Source: Gemmatimonadales bacterium (lineage in GTDB: Bacteria > Gemmatimonadota > Gemmatimonadetes > Gemmatimonadales > GWC2-71-9). Taken from it: a stretch of 64,000 nucleotides of DNA. Below are positions 1 through 9,434 of this stretch, one piece after another; position 1 is the stretch's first letter, and every line of letters starts with the position of its first letter. Both the position numbers and the translations under genes were made by a program. The DNA lies in NCBI GenBank assembly GCA_041577295.1, contig JBFGJG010000011.1, forward strand, positions 34,814 through 98,813, read 5' to 3'. A model generated the notes under the pieces. That model saw only the letters and a list, made by a program, of their open reading frames with translations. It ran no database searches and was not told the origin of the DNA.

Positions 1-2
1 AA

Positions 3-26
3 GGGGGCCCGGTCGCCCGGGCCCCC
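3..26 (-). terminator. GC-rich hairpin downstream of the 54..716 gene; possible intrinsic terminator whose tail runs off the window
   Basis: GGGGGCCCGG-tcgc-CCGGGCCCCC forms a perfect 10-bp stem 28 nt past the stop at 54. Only 2 nt of the downstream tail are visible, so a U-tract cannot be confirmed. Confidence 0.35.
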
Positions 27-53
27 GCTGTCTTCCGTACCGTCCTCTCGACG

Positions 54-716
54 CTAGCGCTTGCGCGTTCCCACTTCCTGCGATGCGCCGGTCAGCGAGA
101 ACCGAAGCCCGCCGGTGATGGCGTGTTGATCACTCGTGATCAGGAATGAGTCCGACCCCGGCATGAACTGGTAGTTTCCAAAGATCGCCCATCGACCGAT
201 GCTCCACTGCGCACCACCACTCACAATGGCGAAGGCCTTGGTATCGAACTCTGCGATGGCGCGAAGTGCGTTTTCCAGCTCCAGTACGGTCTGGGCGTCG
301 ATTGGTTGCGCATCGCTGATCTTGTGGATCGCTAACCCGCCTCCCAACAGTAGCTGGAACTGGCCCTGCATTGGGAGCGCGTACAAGCTCGCCTGAAGCC
401 GTTGCGCGTTGTCGAACTGAACGACGTTGAACCCCTGGGGACTGGCGCTATTGAGTACGGCGGAGCTCGTTCCGTCGGCGAAGATGATCTGATCGAATCC
501 CAAGTGAAGGCCAACGAAATCGCGGGTGATGAGCCAGTGTCCACCGAACTCGAATGCCCCCTCCCAGTCCTGCGTTGGGGTCTGGAAGAAGAACAAGCCG
601 GTCTGGCCACCCCAGATCCACCGATTTCTCCACGCATCGTCCTGCGCCGCCGCTGGGGAAGCGAACATGGCGAGCGTAGCGAGGACCAGCAGGGCTCCGG
701 ACAGTTTCCGCATCAC
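54..716 (-). CDS. secreted outer-membrane beta-barrel-like protein (hypothetical)
   Basis: N-terminal signal peptide MMRKLSGALLVLATLAMFASPAAAQ. Alternating hydrophobic/aromatic beta-strand pattern rich in Gly. No family-specific motif recognised. Confidence 0.65.
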   Translation of the reverse strand: MMRKLSGALLVLATLAMFASPAAAQDDAWRNRWIWGGQTGLFFFQTPTQDWEGAFEFGGHWLITRDFVGLHLGFDQIIFADGTSSAVLNSASPQGFNVVQFDNAQRLQASLYALPMQGQFQLLLGGGLAIHKISDAQPIDAQTVLELENALRAIAEFDTKAFAIVSGGAQWSIGRWAIFGNYQFMPGSDSFLITSDQHAITGGLRFSLTGASQEVGTRKR

Positions 717-1018
717 GACCTCCGTTTGAATCGCAACCCGCCCCCCGCGGCGGACCCGCGTGGCTCATGAGGGCGAAACAGCGCCCCAAAATAGTGTCTG
801 ACCCGCAAAAATGCGAGCCCCGAGAGGGTCGTTCTGTGGTGTCTATCACATTGCTAGCTGAAGGGTTAAGGCCCGAAGGGGCGAAAGTACTTGAGGTCAG
901 GTGTAGCGTCAGGGCGACGGCGTTGTCCCCCAGCGCATGGCTGCCCGGGCCTGGTTCTGCCCGCCTTGTACGGGGCCCACGCCTTTCGCTTCCGTATGCA
1001 CAGTAGATAAAGGATTAC

Positions 1019-2221
1019 TCAGACGAGGCCGAGTCGTTTCCCCACCTTTTGAAAGGCGGCGATGGCCCGGTCGAGGTCCTCTCGCGTGTGGGCCGCCGAG
1101 ATTTGGCAGCGGACCCGGGCCGTGCCCTTGGGCACCACGGGATAGCCAAACCCCGTAACGAAGAACCCCTCCTCCAGCAGCATGTTGCTCATCTGGATGG
1201 CTTTGGCCGTTTCGCCGAGGATGACGGGGATGATTGGGGTGTCTCCCTCTAGAGGCTGAAACCCAGTTGCGCGAAGTCGCTCGCGAAAGTACGTGGCGTG
1301 GTCGTGCAGGGTCGCGACCCGCTCCGGGTGCGCGCGCAGGAAGCGAACGGCCGCGAGTGCGCTCGCTGCCACTGTGCAGGGGAGGGCATTGGAGAACAGC
1401 TGGGGTCGTGACCGCTGGGTGAGGTAGTCGCAGAGCGCGGCGGACGACGCGGTGAAGCCTCCGGCTGCCCCTCCGAGGGCCTTCCCAAGTGTTGACGTGA
1501 TGATGTCCACCTCGCCAACGACGTCGTAGTGCTCGGCGGTTCCGCGTCCCGTTGTTCCCAATACCCCCGTAGCATGTGAATCATCGACGGCGACGATGGC
1601 GTCGTATCTTCGGGCGAGCTCGAGGATATCCGGAAGCCTCGCGATGTCGCCCTCCATTGAAAAAACACCGTCGGTAAAGATCATTCGACTCCGAGCACCG
1701 TGTGCCGCTTTCAGTTTCTCCTCCAGATCCGCCATGTCAGAGTGCTTGTAGATTGCGGATTGGCACTTTCCAATCGATTTGGCGAGCCGAATCGCGTCGA
1801 TGATGGATGCGTGATTGAGTTCATCGGAGATGACGATATCGTCCGGCCCCATCAGCGTCGGGATCAACCCCTCGTTGGCGTTCCAGCACGAGACGTAGCT
1901 CAGCGATGCTTCGGTGCCAACGAATTTGGCGAGGTCCTGTTCCAGCTCGCGGTGGATCGTGAAGGTTCCACAGATGAAGCGCACGCTCGCCGTTCCCGCC
2001 CCGTATTTGTCGAGGGCCTCTTTGCCAGCGGCGACGATCTCTGGAATATTGGAGAGTCCGACGTAGTTATTGCTCGACAGCACCACGATCTCGCCGCGCC
2101 CCTCCATCTGCACGTGTGCGTCCTGCGGCGAATCGATGTAGTTCAACGTTTTGTAGACGCCCTCACGCTTGAACTGGTCGAGTTCCTTCCGCAGTCGTTG
2201 TTCGGTGGCCTGGTGCATCAC
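1019..2221 (-). CDS. kbl: glycine C-acetyltransferase (2-amino-3-ketobutyrate CoA ligase)
   Basis: Full-length alpha-oxoamine synthase pattern with the PLP-lysine context STLGKALGG and DDSHATG. 4-nt overlap with tdh upstream gives the classic tdh-kbl pair. Confidence 0.93.
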   Translation of the reverse strand: MMHQATEQRLRKELDQFKREGVYKTLNYIDSPQDAHVQMEGRGEIVVLSSNNYVGLSNIPEIVAAGKEALDKYGAGTASVRFICGTFTIHRELEQDLAKFVGTEASLSYVSCWNANEGLIPTLMGPDDIVISDELNHASIIDAIRLAKSIGKCQSAIYKHSDMADLEEKLKAAHGARSRMIFTDGVFSMEGDIARLPDILELARRYDAIVAVDDSHATGVLGTTGRGTAEHYDVVGEVDIITSTLGKALGGAAGGFTASSAALCDYLTQRSRPQLFSNALPCTVAASALAAVRFLRAHPERVATLHDHATYFRERLRATGFQPLEGDTPIIPVILGETAKAIQMSNMLLEEGFFVTGFGYPVVPKGTARVRCQISAAHTREDLDRAIAAFQKVGKRLGLV

Positions 2222-3258
2222 GTGCTCCCAATTGCGAGAATGACTTTGCCGGCCGCGCCGGAGCGGATGGCGCTGAGTGCCTGATCGATCTCCTCCAAGG
2301 GGAATTCGTGTGTGATCACGGGTGTGGGGTCCAGAAGACCCGTTGAGAGGAAGCGTCGCATCTGATGCCAGGTCTCGAACATGCGACGTCCGATGACGCC
2401 GTAGATGGTGAGACCCTTGAAGATCACGTCCTCGGTCAGGTGCACCGGCACGGCTTCCTCGGGGAGGCCAAGGAGGTTGACACGACCGCCCAAGCGTGCC
2501 GCTCGGAATGCTTGACGGACCGCGTTTGGGTGGCCGGACATCTCGCAGACGAGGTCAACTCCTTCACCGTTCGTCTCCTCACGTACGCGGGCCACGACGT
2601 CGTCGCGTTTGGGGTCGAGCAGCACTTGCGCGCCCATGCGCTGTGCGAGCGTCAAACGGTTCTCGTTTGGGTCGGACGCCAAGACTTTGGCGGCACCAGC
2701 GGCGCGGGCGATCCCGACGGCAAAACAGCCGATGGGGCCACACCCCAACACGAGAACCGTGCTCCCGGGCAGCTCGCTGGCCGACAGCACGGTGTGAAAG
2801 GCATTCCCGAGCGGATCCATAATGGCCCCAACCGTCGTCGCAATGCCGTCGAGCGGCATGACGTTGATGGCGGGCATGGCCACATATTCCGCGAACGCTC
2901 CATCGCGATCCACACCGATGATCTGCGTGTTTTGGCAGATATGTGCATTACCGGTGCGGCACTGGCGGCAGTGACCACACACGATATGCCCCTCCGCGGT
3001 CACGTGCTGACCCACCGTCAGCGCGTCTCCCACGTCCTCTCCAACCTGGACGATCTCACCGGCAAACTCATGACCCACGACGAGCGGCGGCCGGATGCGA
3101 CCCTGCGCCCATTCATTCCAATCGGCGATGTGGAGGTCGGTCCCGCACACGCCCGCGTGGTGGACCCGGATCACCACATCGAGAGGACCGCACCGCGGGT
3201 CCGGAGACTGGGATACGGTGAGACCGGGCTCGGATTTGAGTTTTGCGATTGCGCGCAT
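2218..3258 (-). CDS. tdh: L-threonine 3-dehydrogenase
   Basis: Collinear with E. coli Tdh as I recall it: GVCGTDLHI, VVGHEFAGE, GHIVCGHCRQCRTG zinc motifs, GCGPIG Rossmann motif and YGREMFETW-like GRRMFETWHQM. Confidence 0.95.
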   Translation of the reverse strand: MRAIAKLKSEPGLTVSQSPDPRCGPLDVVIRVHHAGVCGTDLHIADWNEWAQGRIRPPLVVGHEFAGEIVQVGEDVGDALTVGQHVTAEGHIVCGHCRQCRTGNAHICQNTQIIGVDRDGAFAEYVAMPAINVMPLDGIATTVGAIMDPLGNAFHTVLSASELPGSTVLVLGCGPIGCFAVGIARAAGAAKVLASDPNENRLTLAQRMGAQVLLDPKRDDVVARVREETNGEGVDLVCEMSGHPNAVRQAFRAARLGGRVNLLGLPEEAVPVHLTEDVIFKGLTIYGVIGRRMFETWHQMRRFLSTGLLDPTPVITHEFPLEEIDQALSAIRSGAAGKVILAIGST

Positions 3259-3266
3259 GAAATCCG

Positions 3267-4058
3267 TCAGATGATGCTACGAATGAAGCCACCGTCGATC
3301 GGGAGGGCGACGCCGGTAATGTAGCTTGCCTGTTCCGACACGAGGAATGCCACCACCGCGGCAAGCTCTTCCGGCCGTCCCATCCGTCCGATGGGGATGT
3401 CGAGCACGAGTCTCTCTTCGACTTCATCTTCGGATCGTCGCGTCCTCACCGCCTGCCGCCGCAGCAAGTCCGCCAACCGATCGGTGTGCATGTATCCAGG
3501 ACAGATGGCGTTGACCGTGATTCCATCGGGTGCCACCTGATCCGCCAACGACTTCGAGAATCCCAGCACACCAGCGCGCGCGGTGGTCGAGAGCATCAAT
3601 CCCTCGAGCGGTTGCCGAGCCGCGATGCTGGTCAGACAGACGATGCGGCCCCACTGCGCGCGTCGCATGATGGGCACGGCTGCGCGACAGAGATGGATGG
3701 TGGAGAGCAAGTTGAGGTCTAGCGCAGCCTGCCACGCGTCCGCTGGCAGATCCTCAAATGAAGCGGTGGGTGGTCCGCCGGCGTTGCAGACCAGGATGTC
3801 GACTCTGCCGAAATGATGGCGGACCCGATCTACCAGATTGGCTGCCTGTTCGATATCGCTGACGTCAGCGATAAAGCTTTCGACATCACCAGCCGCATGG
3901 CGCGCGACGACCGGAAGCGCCTTAGCCAGCCGCTCTTCATCGCGACCGTTCAACGCAACGCGACAGCCCTCCTCCGCCAGCGTGGTCGCGATCGCGAGAC
4001 CGAGCCCGCTCGACGACCCCGCGACGAGTGCAACTTTGCCCGCGATTCTCAAGTCCAT
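3267..4058 (-). CDS. short-chain dehydrogenase/reductase (FabG-like)
   Basis: Start trimmed to the ATG at 4058 (MDLRIAGKVALVAGSSSGLGLAIA = TGxxxGxG). NAG motif and SDR body present. The upstream 61 codons of the track ORF are Arg/His-rich and non-SDR. Confidence 0.85.
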   Translation of the reverse strand: MDLRIAGKVALVAGSSSGLGLAIATTLAEEGCRVALNGRDEERLAKALPVVARHAAGDVESFIADVSDIEQAANLVDRVRHHFGRVDILVCNAGGPPTASFEDLPADAWQAALDLNLLSTIHLCRAAVPIMRRAQWGRIVCLTSIAARQPLEGLMLSTTARAGVLGFSKSLADQVAPDGITVNAICPGYMHTDRLADLLRRQAVRTRRSEDEVEERLVLDIPIGRMGRPEELAAVVAFLVSEQASYITGVALPIDGGFIRSII

Positions 4059-4249
4059 TTGCACACTCCGCGGTTTTGGTGACCCCTCCCGCCATTCTCG
4101 CTCCCGCCGATGCGAGAGGGTCGCGTGATGAAGACTGTGGTGCGGTGTAACACCTGGGGATCGCCGGTCGCAATTTGTTTGTGCATCTGAGCGGCGGCAA
4201 GTGTGAGCGGGAGGAGCGTGCGTTCGCGACAAACGACGCAAAAAAACTA

Positions 4250-4277
4250 TTGCATGTTCGTTTGCTATCTATAATAT
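4250..4277 (+). promoter_or_regulatory. sigma70-like promoter for the TldD/PmbA pair
   Basis: TTGCAT (4250-4255), 16-nt spacer, TAATAT (4272-4277) in an AT-rich patch. GGAG lies 8 nt before the ATG at 4313. Confidence 0.4.
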
Positions 4278-4312
4278 TCGCAGCGTCTTGAATCACTTGT
4301 GGAGTATCGTGC

Positions 4313-5911
4313 ATGTCAGTAACACGGCGTGAATTCGTTCGGCGAACGTCGCTGACGGCCTCCGCGCTCGCGGCGGTGCACGCTCGTGGTCTCTCGGCAT
4401 CACCGGTTTACACGCCACAAGGCGATGCCTCGATCAAGGCGTTGTGCATGTTTGCGCTCGACGCCGCACGCACCGCCGGTGCGTCATACGCCGACATTCG
4501 TGTGAGTCGCGTGCGCCATCAGTCCGTTGGCACCCGCGAAAGCCGGATTACGGATCTAGTGGATGACGAGACATTTGGGGCCGGTGTCCGCGTCCTGGTG
4601 GGCAATGCGTGGGGGTTCGCCGCGAGCCGTATCGTCACGCGGCAAGAATGCATTCGCTTGGCCCGCGCCGCTGTCGGGCAAGCGCAAGCCCATCAGCGTG
4701 CCGCAAAGCGTCCCATCGTGTTGGCCCCCGTCGATGCGTATCCGGACGCGGTGTGGCAGACGCCCGTGCGTCACGATCCGTTCGACGTCCCCATCGAGGA
4801 CAAGGTGGATCTCTTGTTGGAGGCAAATGGGGAGGCCCTCAAAGTTCGTGGGGCCCGCTTTGTGAGCTCCTCCCTATCCCTCGTGCGGATGGAGACCACG
4901 TTTGCGTCAACCCAGGGCTCCGTGATCGTGCAAACGCTCTACCGCACGTATCCCCAGCTCTCGGTGACGGCGGTGGCGCCCGATTTTTCCGATTTTGCCA
5001 CGCGCACATCGGCCGAGGTCGCACCGATGGGTATGGGGTATGAACACGTCGAGGCGGCCGACCTCGTCGGTCAGGCGCCGCGGTGGGCGGAGGAAGCCGT
5101 CCAAAAACTCACAGCCAAGCCGGTGGAGCCGGGTCAATACGATCTGATTCTGGATCCGTCCCACCTATTCCTGACGATTCACGAAAGCATAGGACATCCC
5201 ACCGAACTCGATCGGGCGCTCGGATATGAGGCAAACTACGCGGGTACCTCTTTCCTCGCGCCGCCCGAAGCCGTAATCGGCAGACTCCGCTTTGGTCCCG
5301 AGTTCATGAACGTGCAGGGAGACCGAACGCAGATGGGCGCGCTGGCAACGGTGGCCTGGGACGATGAAGGGGTTCCGGCGGACAGCTGGCCGATCATCAA
5401 GGACGGGGTGTTCGTCGACTACCAGACGACCCGCGAGCAAGCGGCGTGGATCTCGAATCTCACCGGGACGACTCGCTCACACGGATGTTCGTATGCCTCG
5501 TCGTGGGACCGTATCCAGTTCCAGCGGATGCCCAATGTCTCGCTGCTGCCGGGTGTGGACGATTTGGACCTCGACGATCTGATCTCGGCGACTGACCGGG
5601 GTATTCTGATCTCCGGACGTGGGTCGTATAGCATCGATCAGCAGCGCTACAACTTTCAGTTTGGCGGGCAGGTATTCCATGAAGTGCGCGGCGGTAAGGT
5701 GGTTGGGATGCTGCGTGATGTGGCTTACCAAGGTCGGACGGTGAATTTCTGGAACTCGATGGACATGCTCGGTGGGCCGAAGAGCTATCGCTTGGGCGGA
5801 ACCTTCTTTGACGGGAAAGGGCAACCATCACAGTCCAACGCCGTGAGCCATGGCTGCCCACCGGCGCGCTTCCGTGGTGCCACCGTCATCAATACGGGAC
5901 GAGGCGAGTGA
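4313..5911 (+). CDS. TldD/PmbA-family metallopeptidase with twin-arginine (Tat) signal
   Basis: N-terminus MSVTRREFVRRTSLTASALAAVHA carries the S/T-RR-x-F-[LV] Tat motif. The body has TldD-like motifs (HESIGHPTELDR, GCPPARF near the C-terminus). Confidence 0.85.
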   Translation: MSVTRREFVRRTSLTASALAAVHARGLSASPVYTPQGDASIKALCMFALDAARTAGASYADIRVSRVRHQSVGTRESRITDLVDDETFGAGVRVLVGNAWGFAASRIVTRQECIRLARAAVGQAQAHQRAAKRPIVLAPVDAYPDAVWQTPVRHDPFDVPIEDKVDLLLEANGEALKVRGARFVSSSLSLVRMETTFASTQGSVIVQTLYRTYPQLSVTAVAPDFSDFATRTSAEVAPMGMGYEHVEAADLVGQAPRWAEEAVQKLTAKPVEPGQYDLILDPSHLFLTIHESIGHPTELDRALGYEANYAGTSFLAPPEAVIGRLRFGPEFMNVQGDRTQMGALATVAWDDEGVPADSWPIIKDGVFVDYQTTREQAAWISNLTGTTRSHGCSYASSWDRIQFQRMPNVSLLPGVDDLDLDDLISATDRGILISGRGSYSIDQQRYNFQFGGQVFHEVRGGKVVGMLRDVAYQGRTVNFWNSMDMLGGPKSYRLGGTFFDGKGQPSQSNAVSHGCPPARFRGATVINTGRGE

Positions 5912-7272
5912 CCCAAGAGGCCGTCGAGCAGGTCGTTTCCGAAGCCGCAGCGCGTGAGCTCTGTCAGCGGGTTCTGAGTCAGGCAACGGTGGACGGTGCG
6001 GAGGTACGTGTCGAATCGGTCGTGGAGGGGAACGCGCGGTTTGCTGGCAATCGGATCACGACCGCCGCCGATGTCATCGATGCCGTCGTGACGGTCACAG
6101 CACGAGTGGGTCAGCGCAGCGCTGCCGTCACTTTCAACACGGTGGACGACGATGGGCCCGCCAACGCCGTTGCCCGCGCTGAGCAGTTGGCCCGCATCGC
6201 TCCGGAAGATCCCGAGATGATGCCGCTCCTTCCACAACAATCCACCGCACCAGTTCCCGCCTTCTTCGACGAGACGGCGAACCTGGATTCCGCAGCTCGG
6301 ACCGACGCCGTCGCCTCCGCCATTGCACGCGCGGAGACGGCCGAACTCGTCGCGAGTGGGTTTTTGCAGCATCGGGCCCGGGCCTTCGCCGTTGCGAACA
6401 CTGCGGGACTTTTCGTCTATCATCGGTCGACCGAAGCATCGTTCACTACCACGGTGCGCACGGCGGATGGGCAGGGCTCGGGTTGGGCCGGCGGGACCCA
6501 CAATGACTGGCAGCGCATTGCGCCAGCGGCAGAGCTTGCAGACCGTGCTGTTGACAAAGCCCGCGGCAGTACTGATACGGTCGGCATCGAACCTGGCAGT
6601 CATACGGTGGTGCTGGAGCCGACGGCGGTCGGCAACCTCACACAGCTCTTGGCGTTCGCAATGGACGCCCGAGACGCGGATGAGGGGCGGTCGTTTTTCT
6701 CGAAGCGCGGGGGTGGAAATCGGATCGGCGAGCGCGTGGCGGACGAGCGTGTCACCATACTCTCCGACCCGCAAGATCCCGACCTGCTCGAGCAGCCCTT
6801 TGCCAGCGAGGGTCTTCCCGTCAGCCGTACCGTGTGGATCGAGAACGGAGTGTTACGGAATCTGGCATACAGTCGCTATTGGGCTGCTAAACAGGGCAAA
6901 CAACCGGTACCGATCGGTGGGGGAATCAAGGTGAGTGGTGGCACTGGCTCGGTAACGGATTTGGTTGCGACGGTCGAACGCGGACTATTGGTAACGCGCT
7001 TCTGGTACATTCGCGCGGTGGACAGGCGAACGCTCCTGTTTACCGGTCTCACGCGAGACGGGACGTTCCTGATCGAGAATGGGCAGATCACCCGTGCGGT
7101 CAAGAATCTCCGCTTCAATGAAAGCCCAATCGCCATGTTTAATAACGTGGTGACCATGGGAGCACCCGTGCGGGTGGTTGCGTCCGAGTCCGGAGGGCTT
7201 GGCGCGACGGTCGTGGTTCCACCGATCGTGGTCCGCGGATTTCGGTTCACCGCGGTGTCGGATGCCGTGTAA
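5908..7272 (+). CDS. TldD/PmbA-family protein (PmbA-like partner)
   Basis: 4-nt overlap with the preceding TldD-like gene. PmbA/TldD C-terminal fold pattern (GTFLIENGQI, VVPPIVVRGFRF). Confidence 0.85.
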   Translation: MTQEAVEQVVSEAAARELCQRVLSQATVDGAEVRVESVVEGNARFAGNRITTAADVIDAVVTVTARVGQRSAAVTFNTVDDDGPANAVARAEQLARIAPEDPEMMPLLPQQSTAPVPAFFDETANLDSAARTDAVASAIARAETAELVASGFLQHRARAFAVANTAGLFVYHRSTEASFTTTVRTADGQGSGWAGGTHNDWQRIAPAAELADRAVDKARGSTDTVGIEPGSHTVVLEPTAVGNLTQLLAFAMDARDADEGRSFFSKRGGGNRIGERVADERVTILSDPQDPDLLEQPFASEGLPVSRTVWIENGVLRNLAYSRYWAAKQGKQPVPIGGGIKVSGGTGSVTDLVATVERGLLVTRFWYIRAVDRRTLLFTGLTRDGTFLIENGQITRAVKNLRFNESPIAMFNNVVTMGAPVRVVASESGGLGATVVVPPIVVRGFRFTAVSDAV

Positions 7273-7400
7273 CGGCACAGTGCCGGCCCTTGGGCCGGTG
7301 AAGCGAGAGCGAAGCGAAGTGAATTTGAGCGGCCCGAGGCCGCTCACCACCGGGCCTACCCCGCCGGGGTAGGCCATCACCCACACCAGGAGGCAGGCGT

Positions 7401-7577
7401 ATGCCAGCCAAGAGAAGAAGGACATCGCGCTCGCGGGCGACGGCGAAAGCCACGCCCAGGCGACGCACCACGGCGCGCCGACGCACGACCAAAAAGGCAG
7501 CGAAGCGTCGCACGACGAAGCGTCGCGCAACCGCCAAGAAGGCGACCAAGAAGGCAGCGCGTAGGAAACGCCGCTAG
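7401..7577 (+). CDS. 58-aa extremely basic Lys/Arg/Ala/Thr-rich protein (histone H1-like / nucleoid-associated candidate), absent from the ORF track
   Basis: AGGAGG lies 7 nt upstream of the ATG. Translation is MPAKRRRTSRSRATAKATPRRRTTARRRTTKKAAKRRTTKRRATAKKATKKAARRKRR (30 of 58 residues K/R, no acidic residues). Third codon positions are G/C-rich. A strong hairpin follows. Confidence 0.6.
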   Translation: MPAKRRRTSRSRATAKATPRRRTTARRRTTKKAAKRRTTKRRATAKKATKKAARRKRR

Positions 7578-7606
7578 CATTCGCGGAATCCTTCACTTGT
7601 TGCACT

Positions 7607-7629
7607 GGGGTCGGCACGCTGCCGACCCC
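7607..7629. terminator. bidirectional hairpin between convergent genes
   Basis: GGGGTCGGCA-cgc-TGCCGACCCC forms a 10-bp stem between the stops at 7577 (+) and 7651 (-). T-rich context on the plus side (catttgt). Confidence 0.5.
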
Positions 7630-7650
7630 GCAACATTTGTGGGGGTGTGG

Positions 7651-8460
7651 TTACGGCCGGATGGCGAGAAAGCCGTGTGCCTTGGTGGTGTCCCGTGGCG
7701 GATCGATCTTCCAGTCACCATAACAGGCACGCAACACGTCAAACGAGAGGCCGTGTTCCGAAGTGGTGTGACCGCTGGGAAGTAGTACGTGGACACCGTT
7801 CGGTTTGGTCCGAGCCTTGAGCGTGTCGAGAAACCGGTGACGAGCAGCGCGACCCAGGGCATTCAACGTTGCGGGGTCGAGCACAGCGAGCGTTGGGCTC
7901 ACGTCAGGAAACCAGTCTCCGAGACTCACGACCAACGCTTGGAAGCGCCGCGCCAACGCCTCCCCCGCAGCCTGTGACTCCGCCGACTCGACCGAGGTCA
8001 GGGCGCCGTCGATGAACACCACCTGCCAATCGTGCGCGGCGAGATACAACGCCGCCGGGGTGGCATGCGCCCCGACCACCAATGCGACGGCGTCCTCGTC
8101 GAATCCCTCAGCGAGCCACACGAGCGGAGACGTTCGATCCAGCCCCCAGTGCGTCGGTTCGCGCTGCGCGCGTCGTAGGCGGACATGCCGGTCACGCCAG
8201 CGGCGAAACGTCGGGAGGTTGAGGCGGCGCGTGATCAGGCGGTCCACGTGCTCCAGCACCAGCACCTCCGTGAGAACCAGCTGACCTTCTGGCCCGACCT
8301 CGAGTTCCCGCACGGCCTCATCTGCCAGTGCCAACAACTCCTCACGGGTCAGTTGGTCCTTGAACTCCTCGATGCGCTCGAGAATGAACTCCCCGTACTC
8401 CTGGCGGAGCGACAGCTGCGGCCGTAGACGGCTTCTTCGACGTTGCGGTTCCGTCAGCAC
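7651..8460 (-). CDS. hypothetical protein (C-terminal half weakly Rossmann/methyltransferase-like)
   Basis: 269-aa ORF overlapping the upstream CDF gene stop by 7 nt. Coding-like G/C third positions. No diagnostic motif recognised. Confidence 0.6.
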   Translation of the reverse strand: MLTEPQRRRSRLRPQLSLRQEYGEFILERIEEFKDQLTREELLALADEAVRELEVGPEGQLVLTEVLVLEHVDRLITRRLNLPTFRRWRDRHVRLRRAQREPTHWGLDRTSPLVWLAEGFDEDAVALVVGAHATPAALYLAAHDWQVVFIDGALTSVESAESQAAGEALARRFQALVVSLGDWFPDVSPTLAVLDPATLNALGRAARHRFLDTLKARTKPNGVHVLLPSGHTTSEHGLSFDVLRACYGDWKIDPPRDTTKAHGFLAIRP

Positions 8461-9332
8461 GGTTCGATATGCACGATGACTTGATGGATCCGGAGTTCCT
8501 TGCGGAGCTGGGACTCAACGGCGTCTGCTATTTCGTGCGCCGATTCCACGCTTTTTCCGCCATCAACGGCGATCGTGAGCTCTGCAAACCGCTGATCATG
8601 AGACTCCCGCGAGCGGATATCGTAAGCACGAACCACACCGTGTACTGTCTCAGCCGCCGCACGAATGTCGTCGGACGGTGCCGCGTGTTGATCGACGAGA
8701 ACCGGGATGGACTGCCGGATGATACCGTAGGCAAGCCACACGATCACGCCGGCAACGATGAGGGCGACCAGCGGATCGGCTGACCCAAACCCAGCCCGTG
8801 ACGACAAAACGCCCACCAACACGCCGATCGTGATGAAGACGTCAGCCTTGGTGTGAGCGGCATCGGCCAGCAAGATCTCGCTGTTCAACTCTCGCCCTTT
8901 GCGGGATTCATAAACGGCCACGACGGTGTTGATGGCGAGTGTTGCGACCAGCAGTCCGATGTGAGTGTTGCTGATACGTAACGGCTCGGCGCCGGAGAGC
9001 AACCGTATCACGGCGCCTTTCACGAGCTCGAATCCACTCACAGAGAGAAAGACCACGATGGCGAGTGCGCCGAGTGTTTCGAACTTGCCGTGCCCGTAGG
9101 GGTGATCTTCGTCTGGCTCACGGGCGGCGAACCACATCACCGTGAGTGCCAGCACGTTGTTCATCGCATCCACCGAGGAGTGCACCCCGTCCCCGAGCAC
9201 GGCGAGGGAGCCCGAGGCGGTGCCAATCACAAACTTGGCCCCCACGACGGCCAGGTTGGCGACGAGGAGGCCGAGCAGGACCCGCTGAATCTTGGCGAAG
9301 CGATCGCGCGGGCTCGCGCGTAGGGAGGCCAT
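8454..9332 (-). CDS. cation diffusion facilitator (CDF) family metal efflux transporter
   Basis: TM pattern plus HSSVDAMNN and DEDHPYGHGKFE motifs and a C-terminal cytoplasmic domain. Start placed at the ATG at 9332 (MASLRASPRDRF). The track start at 9404 would run into the ArsR promoter. Confidence 0.85.
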   Translation of the reverse strand: MASLRASPRDRFAKIQRVLLGLLVANLAVVGAKFVIGTASGSLAVLGDGVHSSVDAMNNVLALTVMWFAAREPDEDHPYGHGKFETLGALAIVVFLSVSGFELVKGAVIRLLSGAEPLRISNTHIGLLVATLAINTVVAVYESRKGRELNSEILLADAAHTKADVFITIGVLVGVLSSRAGFGSADPLVALIVAGVIVWLAYGIIRQSIPVLVDQHAAPSDDIRAAAETVHGVVRAYDIRSRESHDQRFAELTIAVDGGKSVESAHEIADAVESQLRKELRIHQVIVHIEPC

Positions 9333-9398
9333 GTTGACTGCAAGCTGACCGCACCCTGGTGCAGTGTCAACGTTTGGATCACCCCATGAAAGCAGGAC

Positions 9399-9427
9399 TT
9401 GCACTTATTTAGACTCTTAACTAAATA
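9399..9427 (+). promoter_or_regulatory. promoter with embedded AT-rich inverted repeat (putative ArsR-family operator); the transcript would be near-leaderless
   Basis: TTGCAC, 17-nt spacer, TAAATA ending 7 nt before the ATG at 9435, with no SD. Inverted repeat TATTTAG-N8-CTAAATA (9406-9427) covers the spacer and the -10 element. Confidence 0.45.
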
Positions 9428-9434
9428 TCTCACC

